A stretch of DNA of 42,146 nucleotides from Dehalococcoidales bacterium (lineage in GTDB: Bacteria; Chloroflexota; Dehalococcoidia; Dehalococcoidales; RBG-16-60-22): contig DAOUDY010000003.1 of NCBI GenBank assembly GCA_034430755.1, positions 1 through 42,146 of the forward strand, in the 5' to 3' direction. The position numbers were made by a program, and so were the translations under genes. Below are positions 24,388 through 32,221 of this stretch, one piece after another. Under the pieces are notes generated by a model. It was not told the DNA's origin, searched no databases, and was given only the letters and a program-made list of their open reading frames with translations. Within the stretch, counting starts at the first letter, position 1; every line of letters starts with the position of its first letter.

Positions 24388-26394
24388 TTAAACTGCCCCC
24401 AGTTGCAGACGCTGGCGATATTCCCCACGGCGCGGGCTGTAAACGAGAACAAAGCCGAGCACCCGCCGCTTTGCCGCATCAAGCCCGGCACGATTGTCCG
24501 TGATATCTATGACGTCACAGAGCTGCTGACCGCAATTGACCGGCACCAGTATGGTGCCGCTGGCCGATGCCACCTCTGCCTGTCTCAAATAAGCGTCGCC
24601 ACGTTCCTGCGCTTTGGCCACGGTGTCTATGTTCCTGTCTTCCAGCTGCCTGATTTTATCGTATAATCGGTCTATCTCATCCCAGGCAAAACGGTCAACC
24701 ACAATCGCCTCACCGCTCCCCGCGTCATAGCCCTCCACCTGGACGCGGTTGAGCTCCCAGGCTCCCTGCCTGTATCTCCCCTCCAGAATCGGGTGCTCCT
24801 CTCCATAGCTGTACAATGAGCTGTCCGATGATTGGGGATTGACAATGTAAGCCGTCGCACCTTCGAGAAACAGCACATCAGGAACAAAAGAGAGCAGTTT
24901 TCGGATGATTGTTTCGCCAAGGTTGCCGGAACTGACGGTAAAGTCGGGATAAAAACCGGTGATGACCGATGACTGCGATTTGACTGCCAGCTTCAGCCCT
25001 GCCCGGGCCAGAACGAAGGCCAGTATATCCTTGACGCTCATTTCCTCCGCGTCCTTGTTCCAGCGGAACTGGTGCCTGGCCCTCCAGCCAGCGATGGCCT
25101 CCCAGCCGTCCCGGGCATGGAGTATGAGACTGGCCGCGCCACCGGCACTGGTATGTTCATATCCCTCCAGGCAAAAATGCTGCCCGGCACTTACCTCATC
25201 GCCGTTGTCTGTGCGGTAGCCGGGACTGAAGTCCAGCTGGCAGCCGATGTTGAGAAGGGATAGTTCCCCCTGCCCCGGCGAGGCGTACTGCCCGGCATCG
25301 TTCCTCAGCTCTACGGTAAGTCTGCCCGATGCCTCTCCTGCCTCCTGCCGTACCGCCAGCACATCATCGGTCAGGTCAAGGCTCTGAACGGTGGCTCCGG
25401 CGCGCCAGACGCCCGCCGGACAGGAAAGCCAGCAGTAGTCCCCGTGGTGCGCCGCGGCCAGGCCGTATTCCGACGACAAATCAAATGGCACCGGTTCCCG
25501 CCACAGATTATCAACGAACCCGGCATCCGGAACCGTATGCGACCAGAAAGGACGGTTGTACATCTGGCTGCCGGAAAATCGCTCCACGAAGAAACCCCGG
25601 TAGACATCAGGTTTATCCAGAAATGGCTGAAGGTACTCAAATTCGCCGCCCGATGGCGCTGAGGCCAGCTCTTTTAACGGCGACCAGCTTCCCGCTGCTA
25701 CATCACCACCATCACCATAAATGAGCGACCACAGTTTAAAATTGCCCGATGAATCCCGGCCGGTGACCAGCAGGTTCCAGTCGTCCTCATAGACGGCGGC
25801 GATGCCGGACAGGTCACCGGTGCTTTTATCCCAGGTGGTGCGTTGCTGCCACTGGCCGCCGATGTTCTTCTTCACATACATCGTCGCCTGGTCAGCGAAG
25901 AATATCGCCAGGTCACCGTTTGGCCTGTAGGCCGCCGCCAGGCCACCGATATTGATGGTCGGGTTATAGTCAATGACCTCGGGGCTTCCCCAGCTAACGC
26001 CGTTATCGGTGCTCTTTATACGCTGGATCTTGCGGTTGACGCCATCTATCCAGAAAATGGAAACCTCAGCCCCCACCGCGGCACAGGCAACGGCGGCGGC
26101 ATTCATCTGGTTGGTGTATATCCACTGGCTGAAGTCGCTTGACGGACCGGGGTCAGACACCCGCTGGCGGTAAAGCCTGCGCGAATCGCCGGGCAGGGTC
26201 GCCCTGACGCGGATGAGAGAGCCATCGCCGGGCATGGCCACCACATGGTAATAATCATCCTCGGAGCCGGTGTACAGCCTGTTCCAGTCAAGCCTCACCA
26301 CGCCGGCAATTTTGTTCCTGGCTTCTACCTTAACACAGGGAATGGCGGCGGCTTCTTTCTGGGCCGCCAGCAATGTCGATGTCAGGTCGCGCAT
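24388..26394 (-). CDS. Phage-like tail/baseplate-hub-like protein with N-terminal BNR/Asp-box (sialidase-like) region
   Basis: 668 aa. One clear Asp-box (STDNGVSW). By eye the C-terminal ~330 aa resembles gpD/Mu gp44/XkdQ-type hub proteins (LTVELRND...ILAFVLARAGLKL...). This is a pattern-level call only. Confidence 0.45.
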   Translation of the reverse strand: MRDLTSTLLAAQKEAAAIPCVKVEARNKIAGVVRLDWNRLYTGSEDDYYHVVAMPGDGSLIRVRATLPGDSRRLYRQRVSDPGPSSDFSQWIYTNQMNAAAVACAAVGAEVSIFWIDGVNRKIQRIKSTDNGVSWGSPEVIDYNPTINIGGLAAAYRPNGDLAIFFADQATMYVKKNIGGQWQQRTTWDKSTGDLSGIAAVYEDDWNLLVTGRDSSGNFKLWSLIYGDGGDVAAGSWSPLKELASAPSGGEFEYLQPFLDKPDVYRGFFVERFSGSQMYNRPFWSHTVPDAGFVDNLWREPVPFDLSSEYGLAAAHHGDYCWLSCPAGVWRAGATVQSLDLTDDVLAVRQEAGEASGRLTVELRNDAGQYASPGQGELSLLNIGCQLDFSPGYRTDNGDEVSAGQHFCLEGYEHTSAGGAASLILHARDGWEAIAGWRARHQFRWNKDAEEMSVKDILAFVLARAGLKLAVKSQSSVITGFYPDFTVSSGNLGETIIRKLLSFVPDVLFLEGATAYIVNPQSSDSSLYSYGEEHPILEGRYRQGAWELNRVQVEGYDAGSGEAIVVDRFAWDEIDRLYDKIRQLEDRNIDTVAKAQERGDAYLRQAEVASASGTILVPVNCGQQLCDVIDITDNRAGLDAAKRRVLGFVLVYSPRRGEYRQRLQLGAV

Positions 26395-26403
26395 TTTTTC
26401 CTT

Positions 26404-26724
26404 TCACACCAGCGCCGCCAGGATATCTGGCAGCGGCTTGTTTCCCTTTCGATAATGTTCCGCAAGATGAAGGGCCGCCCCGAGTATCTCTTCCGGGCTA
26501 ACACGAACTCTTTTACCCGGACTTAACGGGGACAGGGCATTTGCCGCATCGGCAGCCTGACTCCAGTCGACGGTCTGCTCGATATCCAGAAGGCCTTTGA
26601 GAGCCCGGCCAATATTTCTCTTATGATGCGGCAAATGCCAGGTATCTGGATTCCCCACATCGCCAACGATAGCAAATGCCTCGCGGGGCAGGCCTTCTTT
26701 GGTCCGCTTCGTTCCTTCTTTCAT
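26404..26724 (-). CDS. Hypothetical protein (phage-like block)
   Basis: 106-aa ORF, co-oriented, with a 9-nt gap to the next gene. Confidence 0.45.
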   Translation of the reverse strand: MKEGTKRTKEGLPREAFAIVGDVGNPDTWHLPHHKRNIGRALKGLLDIEQTVDWSQAADAANALSPLSPGKRVRVSPEEILGAALHLAEHYRKGNKPLPDILAALV

Positions 26725-26736
26725 GTCTGCCTCACA

Positions 26737-27375
26737 TCAGGGACCATAATCAGTTGACTTTGAGACCACCGGATAGTATGGCTTATACAGGCTGCTGTCC
26801 CTGACCCGGTTTCTCCTTCCCAGGCGCCTCAATTCCTGCCGGAAAAAGTTCAGCCTTTCCCGGCCCCAACCAAGAAACTCCCGGGGCGTGGTATCTCCAC
26901 CAACATTCACCCGATTGACAGCAAAAATAGCCCACTCGACGGCAGCATAACCGGCAGCGCCGGCAGCAACCAGGTCTTCATACCGGCCGGGGATGGTGGA
27001 ACCATCAGCGTCAAGAGTGTGCAGCTTACCGTAGTACACATAAGCATTGGAGCCGTCCGGTATCTCCTCACTCAATATGGTCAGGGTATCTCCCCACAGC
27101 GAGAACCTCTGGTAACGTCTGGGGAACTGGTCCACCGGGTACTCAACCGCCATCATCATTACCCTGTCGGAAAGGTTTGATATATCCAGCTCCCGCAAGC
27201 CTGAGGTCGTAGCTTTCGTCGCCTTCTGCTCGCTTGGCAGATACTCGGACAAATCTTTAACCGCACGGGCAATGTGCCTGTTCAGTTCATCATCAGTCCA
27301 GCGATAGTTACCGTCATCCTCGTCATGGAGGTCACGCCGGACCATGGCTCTCATATCAGTTAAATTCATAATCAC
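26737..27375 (-). CDS. Putative head-tail adaptor/connector-like protein
   Basis: 212 aa. The N-terminus LTDMRAMVRRDLHDEDDGNYRWTDDELNRHIARAVKDLSEYL resembles gp6-like head-tail connector N-termini. The position relative to the capsid gene fits that role. Confidence 0.4.
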   Translation of the reverse strand: MIMNLTDMRAMVRRDLHDEDDGNYRWTDDELNRHIARAVKDLSEYLPSEQKATKATTSGLRELDISNLSDRVMMMAVEYPVDQFPRRYQRFSLWGDTLTILSEEIPDGSNAYVYYGKLHTLDADGSTIPGRYEDLVAAGAAGYAAVEWAIFAVNRVNVGGDTTPREFLGWGRERLNFFRQELRRLGRRNRVRDSSLYKPYYPVVSKSTDYGP

Positions 27376-27450
27376 CTCACCCCCTTAGTCCCCCTCTCCT
27401 TAAAAGGAGAGGGGGGAAATGATTTTTTGAAGGGGGCTTCGCCCCTTCAT
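27376..27450. repeat. Intergenic double-hairpin repeat, copy B (10-bp C/G stem 27390-27415 plus GAAGGGG..CCCCTTC 27429-27448)
   Basis: It has the same architecture as 2758-2835, with similar C-rich flanks. Confidence 0.5.
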
Positions 27451-27463
27451 ACTTCCCTTTTAT

Positions 27464-27544
27464 TTAGACAGCAGCTTTTCTGCTTGCCCTTTTCTTAGAT
27501 AGCAGCTTTTCTGCTTGCCCTTTTCTTAGATAGCAGCTTTTCTG
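27464..27544. repeat. 31-bp tandem direct repeat, about 2.6 copies
   Basis: Units occupy 27464-27494, 27495-27525 and 27526-27544 (TTAGA[C/T]AGCAGCTTTTCTGCTTGCCCTTTTC). The partial unit contains the stop codon and last codons of ORF 27526-27756. Confidence 0.9.
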
Positions 27545-27756
27545 ACCTCCAGTCTTTCCAGCTTGGTGCAGGGCAGGCCTTCATCATGCCGGCATATCTC
27601 AATGTCACAGAATGAAATCTCCTCGTTACTCATGCCCTCATTGATGCTGACGGCTTTACCGCTCAATTCCCGGGCATATTCCATCAGTGATTGTGCATCA
27701 GCTTCGCGGTCAAAGCTCAAATCAACTCTTACCCGATACTTCATCGATACCTCCAC
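27526..27756 (-). CDS. Hypothetical small acidic protein (phage-like block)
   Basis: 76-aa ORF. Its start overlaps the LamG gene stop by 16 nt. Confidence 0.45.
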   Translation of the reverse strand: MEVSMKYRVRVDLSFDREADAQSLMEYARELSGKAVSINEGMSNEEISFCDIEICRHDEGLPCTKLERLEVRKAAI

Positions 27757-28382
27757 TTCGTCGCCAGATAGTTATGTTGGATTTCCAAAAGCGTCAGGGC
27801 ACGGCGGTAAATTCTGACCTCACCGATAAGGCCGTTTAGATAATATGCTGCCGCGGCCCGGCCTAGCTGGACATCGTTTGTGGTAACGTCTATGGTGCCT
27901 GTCACCGAGGTTGCTGGCGTCCGCTCCACGCCGTTGATATACAGGCGCAAATAGTGGCCGCAATAGGTGATAACCGCGTGATGCCACGTTTCCAGCAGCG
28001 CCGTGTAAAAGTACGTAAATCTGGCACTGCCGTCAATCTTGAACCTGCCGTATAAATTGGTGCCGTTCTCGTTTATCCGCAGTGAATAGCTGTCATTTTT
28101 ATCAAGTATGCCCGGCCACTCGTTTGCCGCCGCTGCCGCCGACAGATTCGCCCACGCCTCGAGCGTGATCGAGCTGGTGATATCAAATATCGACGAATTA
28201 CCGCAATTGATTATGTCATCGCTGCCGTCGAAGCTCCTGCCCACGGGCGTCCAGCGGGCTCCGGTCACCGTGCACCGGTGGCCATAGACATCCCGGGACA
28301 TAAACGGGCTGCCATCGATAACCTGAAGCGGCAGATAAAGAACCAAGCTGGGGTCAAAGATAAAGTTCACTTCACACCTCAC
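27741..28382 (-). CDS. LamG/concanavalin-A-like lectin domain protein
   Basis: 213 aa with FDGSDDIINCGNSSIFDITSSITLEAWANL ... YLNGLIGEVRIYRRALTLLEI, the typical LamG edge-strand motifs. Confidence 0.7.
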   Translation of the reverse strand: MRCEVNFIFDPSLVLYLPLQVIDGSPFMSRDVYGHRCTVTGARWTPVGRSFDGSDDIINCGNSSIFDITSSITLEAWANLSAAAAANEWPGILDKNDSYSLRINENGTNLYGRFKIDGSARFTYFYTALLETWHHAVITYCGHYLRLYINGVERTPATSVTGTIDVTTNDVQLGRAAAAYYLNGLIGEVRIYRRALTLLEIQHNYLATKWRYR

Positions 28383-28843
28383 GACGCAGCATACTTTACG
28401 CTTACATAGCTGGAGTTTTTCACCTTGGCCCGGCCTTCGTTTGCTTCATTGCACTGGATGAGCAGCTTGACCTCGAAAGGCAGGGAATTGAAATTGCTGA
28501 CCATCTTGAAGCGGCCGCTCCGCGTCTCCTCGACGTAGCTGGTGCCGATATCGGTCTTGGTGACCGCGCTGTGCAGGTCAACCCAGGTGCCGCCCTGGTT
28601 CCTCGCCTGCCATTTATAGGTGAGGTCGGCCGTGGCCGAGGACACGGCCCGGAAGGCCGCCGTCAGGCCGAACTCGACCTCCATCACCTCGCCCAGTGCC
28701 GGCGGCCTGACGGCGACACTCTCCACCTCGACATCGGTGTCTGGAGTCGTCGTATCCACCTCGGATGACCACTGGACACCGTCCGAGGTCAGGTCTCCCT
28801 TGGCAAAGGGATATTCCGCATGTTCAATTACGGCAAGTACCAT
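28379..28843 (-). CDS. Hypothetical protein downstream of the capsid gene (possible decoration or neck protein)
   Basis: 154-aa ORF with a 4-nt overlap to the LamG gene. An AGGAGG RBS lies upstream. Confidence 0.5.
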   Translation of the reverse strand: MVLAVIEHAEYPFAKGDLTSDGVQWSSEVDTTTPDTDVEVESVAVRPPALGEVMEVEFGLTAAFRAVSSATADLTYKWQARNQGGTWVDLHSAVTKTDIGTSYVEETRSGRFKMVSNFNSLPFEVKLLIQCNEANEGRAKVKNSSYVSVKYAAS

Positions 28844-28860
28844 CTTTTACCTCCTTTAAG

Positions 28861-28883
28861 GGGGGAGGGTAATCCCCTCCCCC
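28861..28883 (-). terminator. GC hairpin between the capsid gene and downstream genes (possible attenuator)
   Basis: GGGGGAGGG-taatc-CCCTCCCCC, a 9-bp stem, lies between the capsid stop (28893) and the next RBS. Confidence 0.35.
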
Positions 28884-28892
28884 ACTGCTTCA

Positions 28893-29813
28893 CTAATCTT
28901 TCACCCCGATCAACGCCGCTGCTTTGACCGAGCTGAAAAGCGCCAGCGAGACGTACCATTTGACCCTGGTCCGGGTGGCGTCCTTGCTCTCCATGGAGCC
29001 GATAGGCTCCACGGTCAGCCCACCGGGGGCAGTCAGGCCGCACAGGGCCCACTCACCGAACTGGACGGCGTAAATGGTGGAGCAGTCGCTGCCGGTGGTC
29101 CCGGTCTCCACGCTGTCGCTCAAGGTGTGCGTGTCCAGTATCCAGTCATTGACGCCAATGGGAATGCCGTCCCAGAGCTGGACAAAGTTGCCCCACTGGT
29201 CACGGTCGTTTTCGACCAGGCCACCGCCAGCCCTGACCAGCGCGTTTAGCTTGCGCCGTGACCGGCGGCTCACAATGAGCATGTCCGGCTTGCCGCCCCT
29301 GACGGCATCGATGAGCTCGTCGAGCATGGAGAGCGTCAGGGTCGCCCCGGTAGGCCCGGCGGCAATAACCTGGTCGCTGGCCGTGGTGGTATCTATGAGC
29401 GTTCTCAGGCCGTCAAACTGCTTTGAGTTTTCCGAGCTATCGCCGTAGATAAAGGTATCCTCAAACTTGTCCTTGACCGCCTTGGCCTTCAGCTCCACCA
29501 CCGCCGCCTCAAGGTCCTGAATATTGCTCCGGGTTGTCTTGAGAAAGTTGTCCACATCGGCATCTCCGCCCATAATCTTCAGATTGGCCGTCTTCTGCTC
29601 GAAGGTGGGCGTGGACTCGTCCCAGGTGTCGTCCACATTATAGAAGTCCACGCTGGGCAGCGTCTTCTCCTGGTTATAGGTCAGCCCGTTGCCGACAATC
29701 TCGATGAAGGGTATTTGCTGCAGGATGGGGGATTCCTTGATGATAGTCTCCACCACCCCCTGGAGCAGCATATCATTGGACAGTTTGCTTGCTTCCGCCA
29801 GTGTTAAAGCCAT
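28893..29813 (-). CDS. Putative HK97-fold major capsid protein
   Basis: 306 aa. Its size, its position after the scaffold-like gene, and its sequence character (LTLSMLDELIDAVRGGKPDMLIVSRRSRRKLNAL; C-terminal WYVSLALFSSVKAAALIGV) fit the phage capsid family. Confidence 0.65.
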   Translation of the reverse strand: MALTLAEASKLSNDMLLQGVVETIIKESPILQQIPFIEIVGNGLTYNQEKTLPSVDFYNVDDTWDESTPTFEQKTANLKIMGGDADVDNFLKTTRSNIQDLEAAVVELKAKAVKDKFEDTFIYGDSSENSKQFDGLRTLIDTTTASDQVIAAGPTGATLTLSMLDELIDAVRGGKPDMLIVSRRSRRKLNALVRAGGGLVENDRDQWGNFVQLWDGIPIGVNDWILDTHTLSDSVETGTTGSDCSTIYAVQFGEWALCGLTAPGGLTVEPIGSMESKDATRTRVKWYVSLALFSSVKAAALIGVKD

Positions 29814-30301
29814 TACCTTTTACCTCCTATTGCATATTCGATTTTCTCCCGCGGAGACAGAACGGACAGATCGAGCGGTGCCCGAGGTGGCGCCCCGGCC
29901 GGCACCCTTGTTTTTGAAGTTTCCGCCTCAATGCCCTGTTTCACCTTATCGACCAGGGCCTGGGCACTCTGCCGGGATTCATCCACGGCGGCCACCGAAT
30001 CGCCGGTTATGAGCTCGGGCGGTATTTCCGGATGCGCCGCCACCACCAGTTCCCGGTAGCTGGCCACCGCCTGAGACAGCAAATCATTTATCTGCACCAG
30101 TTTCTGCTCCGACTCGGCCATGGTTTGCTTCAGGCCAGCAATCTCGGTATCCCTGGCGGCAAGAGCTTCCTCAAGCTCACCCATGGTTGCTTCTCTGGCC
30201 TTGAGCTCACGATTGAGCACCTCTTTTTCCTGCTTCAGGCTTTCCAGTTCCCCTCGAAGCCCTTCAAGCTCATCTGTCTGTTCTTTTTCTTCGTCAGCCA
30301 C
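29813..30301 (-). CDS. Putative scaffolding protein
   Basis: 162 aa, strongly acidic and coiled-coil (ELEGLRGELESLKQEKEVLNRELKAREATMGELEEALAARDTEIAGLKQ). It lies between the portal and capsid genes. Confidence 0.55.
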   Translation of the reverse strand: MADEEKEQTDELEGLRGELESLKQEKEVLNRELKAREATMGELEEALAARDTEIAGLKQTMAESEQKLVQINDLLSQAVASYRELVVAAHPEIPPELITGDSVAAVDESRQSAQALVDKVKQGIEAETSKTRVPAGAPPRAPLDLSVLSPREKIEYAIGGKR

Positions 30302-30319
30302 CGTTATGCCTCCTGCCGA

Positions 30320-31705
30320 TTATTCCTCAACGCCTTCCGCCTGAGCCGTTACCACCCTCTCCCTCTTTTCGTGGCTCGCCGACCTGGCGTTAAGCTGTCG
30401 ATTCATTTTCAAAATGGTCTCCCGCTCTTCAAGCCATCGCCCGAACTCGCTATCCGGGTCTCTGACCCCCAGCTCATCCATGGCGCGCTTTCGGGAATGA
30501 ATGCCGTTCTGGACAAGTATCTGCTCGTTGTTAACCTGGCGGGTTATATCCTGAGGCAGAATCGGGCTCCATACCACCCGCAGATGATTGCCGCCAAGGT
30601 TCACGCCGCGATACTTTTCCAGCAGCTTGAGAATCATCTCATTCCTGCGTTTATACACCGCGCTGCGGATGATCCGCTTCCGCCGCACCTTCTGCAGCAA
30701 CGGGTGAAGTTCAATCTCAAGCGCTACCCCGGACAGGTCTCTCTCCGTCCCGCCAAAGGCAGAGCGGGGCGATTCGGAAATGTCATGCAGGCTACGGTAC
30801 AGCAGGTCAATATAATTGATGTGCAGATTGACGCCGCCGCCCTGAAGCAGGTCGAGCAGGTAGGCCTTGGCATCTTCCGGTATGTTCCACACCGCCCCGG
30901 GCCTGATGGCAATATCATCGGACTCCTCAATGTTCTCCAGGACAGCGATGGGGTTGCCGGACAATTCCAGTATCCGTGATAGCTGGCTCATCGCCCGGTT
31001 CAACTCGCGCTGCGATTCCATAACCTGGGGCAGGTCGGACACGCCCCAGAATTTCTTGGGCTCACGCAGATTCGGATAGATGATGAAGGGAATGAATCCG
31101 TACGGATTTGGTTTCTGCTCCACCAGCATGTTATCCAGGTACAGCTCAAAATCCCGTTCCGTCCATATTTCAATCACCGCTGCCGTCTTTTTCCTGGGCG
31201 TTATCTGATAAAGAAACTCGGCTTCTTCCGCCGATAATATATATCTGGAAGCGACCCGCCATATCCTCGAGGTATCGTCTCCCAGCCACCAGGCGTAAAT
31301 ACCCTGGACATCGGGAGCGGTTATCCTGACCTTCTTCTCCGCCGCATCCCAGATGACCTTGTAACAGGCATCACCGAGTATGGCGCAGTCGATCTCCGTC
31401 TCCAGGTCGAGCTGCTCCAGGTTATTCTCCTCATAAACCCCGTACAGTGCCTCCTCTGCCTGCCGGGCTTTACCCCTCGCTTCTTCCGAGTCCTCCGCCG
31501 CATCGACGGCGAAGTTAATGCCCGACATCAGGTATGAGGTAATCTTATCGATGAACACCTTGGCGTAGTTGAAAGTGAGGCGTCTTTCTCCCCTCCTCTC
31601 CCGGCCTGCCCACTGCTGACCGTGATAGAAATCGAGAAGCTCTTTGTAACCCTTGATACGGTCAAAGTCCAACCTTGACAGTTGCATCGGAAGCGTTTCC
31701 TTCAT
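30320..31705 (-). CDS. Putative phage portal protein (SPP1 gp6-like)
   Basis: 461 aa. The N-terminal FYHGQQW...LTFNYAKVFIDKITSYLMSG pattern is typical of gp6-like portals. It sits upstream of the scaffold and capsid genes. Confidence 0.65.
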   Translation of the reverse strand: MKETLPMQLSRLDFDRIKGYKELLDFYHGQQWAGRERRGERRLTFNYAKVFIDKITSYLMSGINFAVDAAEDSEEARGKARQAEEALYGVYEENNLEQLDLETEIDCAILGDACYKVIWDAAEKKVRITAPDVQGIYAWWLGDDTSRIWRVASRYILSAEEAEFLYQITPRKKTAAVIEIWTERDFELYLDNMLVEQKPNPYGFIPFIIYPNLREPKKFWGVSDLPQVMESQRELNRAMSQLSRILELSGNPIAVLENIEESDDIAIRPGAVWNIPEDAKAYLLDLLQGGGVNLHINYIDLLYRSLHDISESPRSAFGGTERDLSGVALEIELHPLLQKVRRKRIIRSAVYKRRNEMILKLLEKYRGVNLGGNHLRVVWSPILPQDITRQVNNEQILVQNGIHSRKRAMDELGVRDPDSEFGRWLEERETILKMNRQLNARSASHEKRERVVTAQAEGVEE

Positions 31706-32024
31706 TTTCCGACCGGTCTCCTTTTATCAGCGTTTTACCAAGTGCTCTCTGCACCGTCCTGGCACTTACCCCGAACATCAAAGCCAGCTCTTTTATCTCT
31801 TTACCTTCTCCGGTGAACAGCCTGATTATTTCCCGATTCCGCATCGTTTTCAGCCAGCGCTGCTTTCCCCCGGGCTGCTCATAGACACACTGTAGAAAGG
31901 GGCAGTTGAGACAGGAATCGGCAAGGTCGCAGCCCTCATCCCTGTAATGGCAGAATTCTGGCGGTAAGTCGTGCTCATCTTTTGAAAGTCCTTCACTGGG
32001 ATAACCGGATTCCATTTCGCCCAT
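31662..32024 (-). CDS. Cys-rich HTH protein (regulator or small-terminase-like), first gene of the phage-like block
   Basis: 120 aa. Cysteine cluster CHYRDEGCDLADSCLNCPFLQC followed by a sigma-r4/LuxR-like HTH (IKELALMFGVSARTVQRAL). It overlaps the portal ORF start by 44 nt. Confidence 0.5.
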   Translation of the reverse strand: MGEMESGYPSEGLSKDEHDLPPEFCHYRDEGCDLADSCLNCPFLQCVYEQPGGKQRWLKTMRNREIIRLFTGEGKEIKELALMFGVSARTVQRALGKTLIKGDRSENEGNASDATVKVGL

Positions 32025-32072
32025 GTCTGTTCACTCTAGCCATCGGCCCAATACTAAAATCAAGCAACACAA

Positions 32073-32101
32073 ATTTAGCACATATGTTCTATCGCAGTCA
32101 A
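32073..32101 (-). promoter_or_regulatory. Host-type promoter driving the phage-like block
   Basis: On the minus strand, TTGACT (32096-32101) is followed by a 17-nt spacer and CTAAAT (32073-32078). Confidence 0.4.
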
Positions 32102-32122
32102 TGGCCTTTTGTCGCTTTTTCC

Positions 32123-32151
32123 TTGACAGTTGATAGTGGTCTTGTTAGTAT
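32123..32151 (+). promoter_or_regulatory. Promoter for dnaJ
   Basis: TTGACA (32123-32128), a 17-nt spacer, then TAGTAT (32146-32151). Confidence 0.45.
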
Positions 32152-32221
32152 CATAGTAGAGATATTGCGCACGGAAGACATTTTTGAACGCGATTTTAAC
32201 CTGCTGAAATAGGCATTGAAA

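Larger units (their letters stand above)
24150..32024 (-). mobile_element. Phage-derived head/neck/hub gene block (incomplete: no terminase, protease, integrase, tail tube or lysis genes in the window)
   Basis: Eleven co-oriented, tightly packed or overlapping ORFs. They include portal-like, coiled-coil scaffold-like and HK97-like capsid proteins in the canonical order. Confidence 0.6.

Noticed and set aside
27464-27544. Possible CRISPR array.
   Set aside because: The repeats are directly abutting with no spacers, there are only ~2.6 units, and no cas genes are present. It is a simple tandem duplication.
17229-28382. Diversity-generating retroelement targeting the LamG/lectin-like domains.
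   Set aside because: No reverse transcriptase ORF exists in the window. I found no ~100-bp template/variable repeat pair with adenine-specific differences.
32071-32090. CIRCE (HrcA) operator upstream of dnaJ, suggested by TTAGCACA.
   Set aside because: Only one half-site-like string is present. There is no 9-nt-spaced inverted partner (GAGTGCTAA), and it lies upstream of the predicted dnaJ promoter on the divergent side.
24124-32215. Intact integrated prophage with att sites.
   Set aside because: There is no integrase or recombinase, no flanking tRNA, and no direct repeat that I could find between the 24124-24149 junction and 32025-32215. Terminase, lysis and replication modules are missing. 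I report it instead as an incomplete or domesticated phage-derived module.
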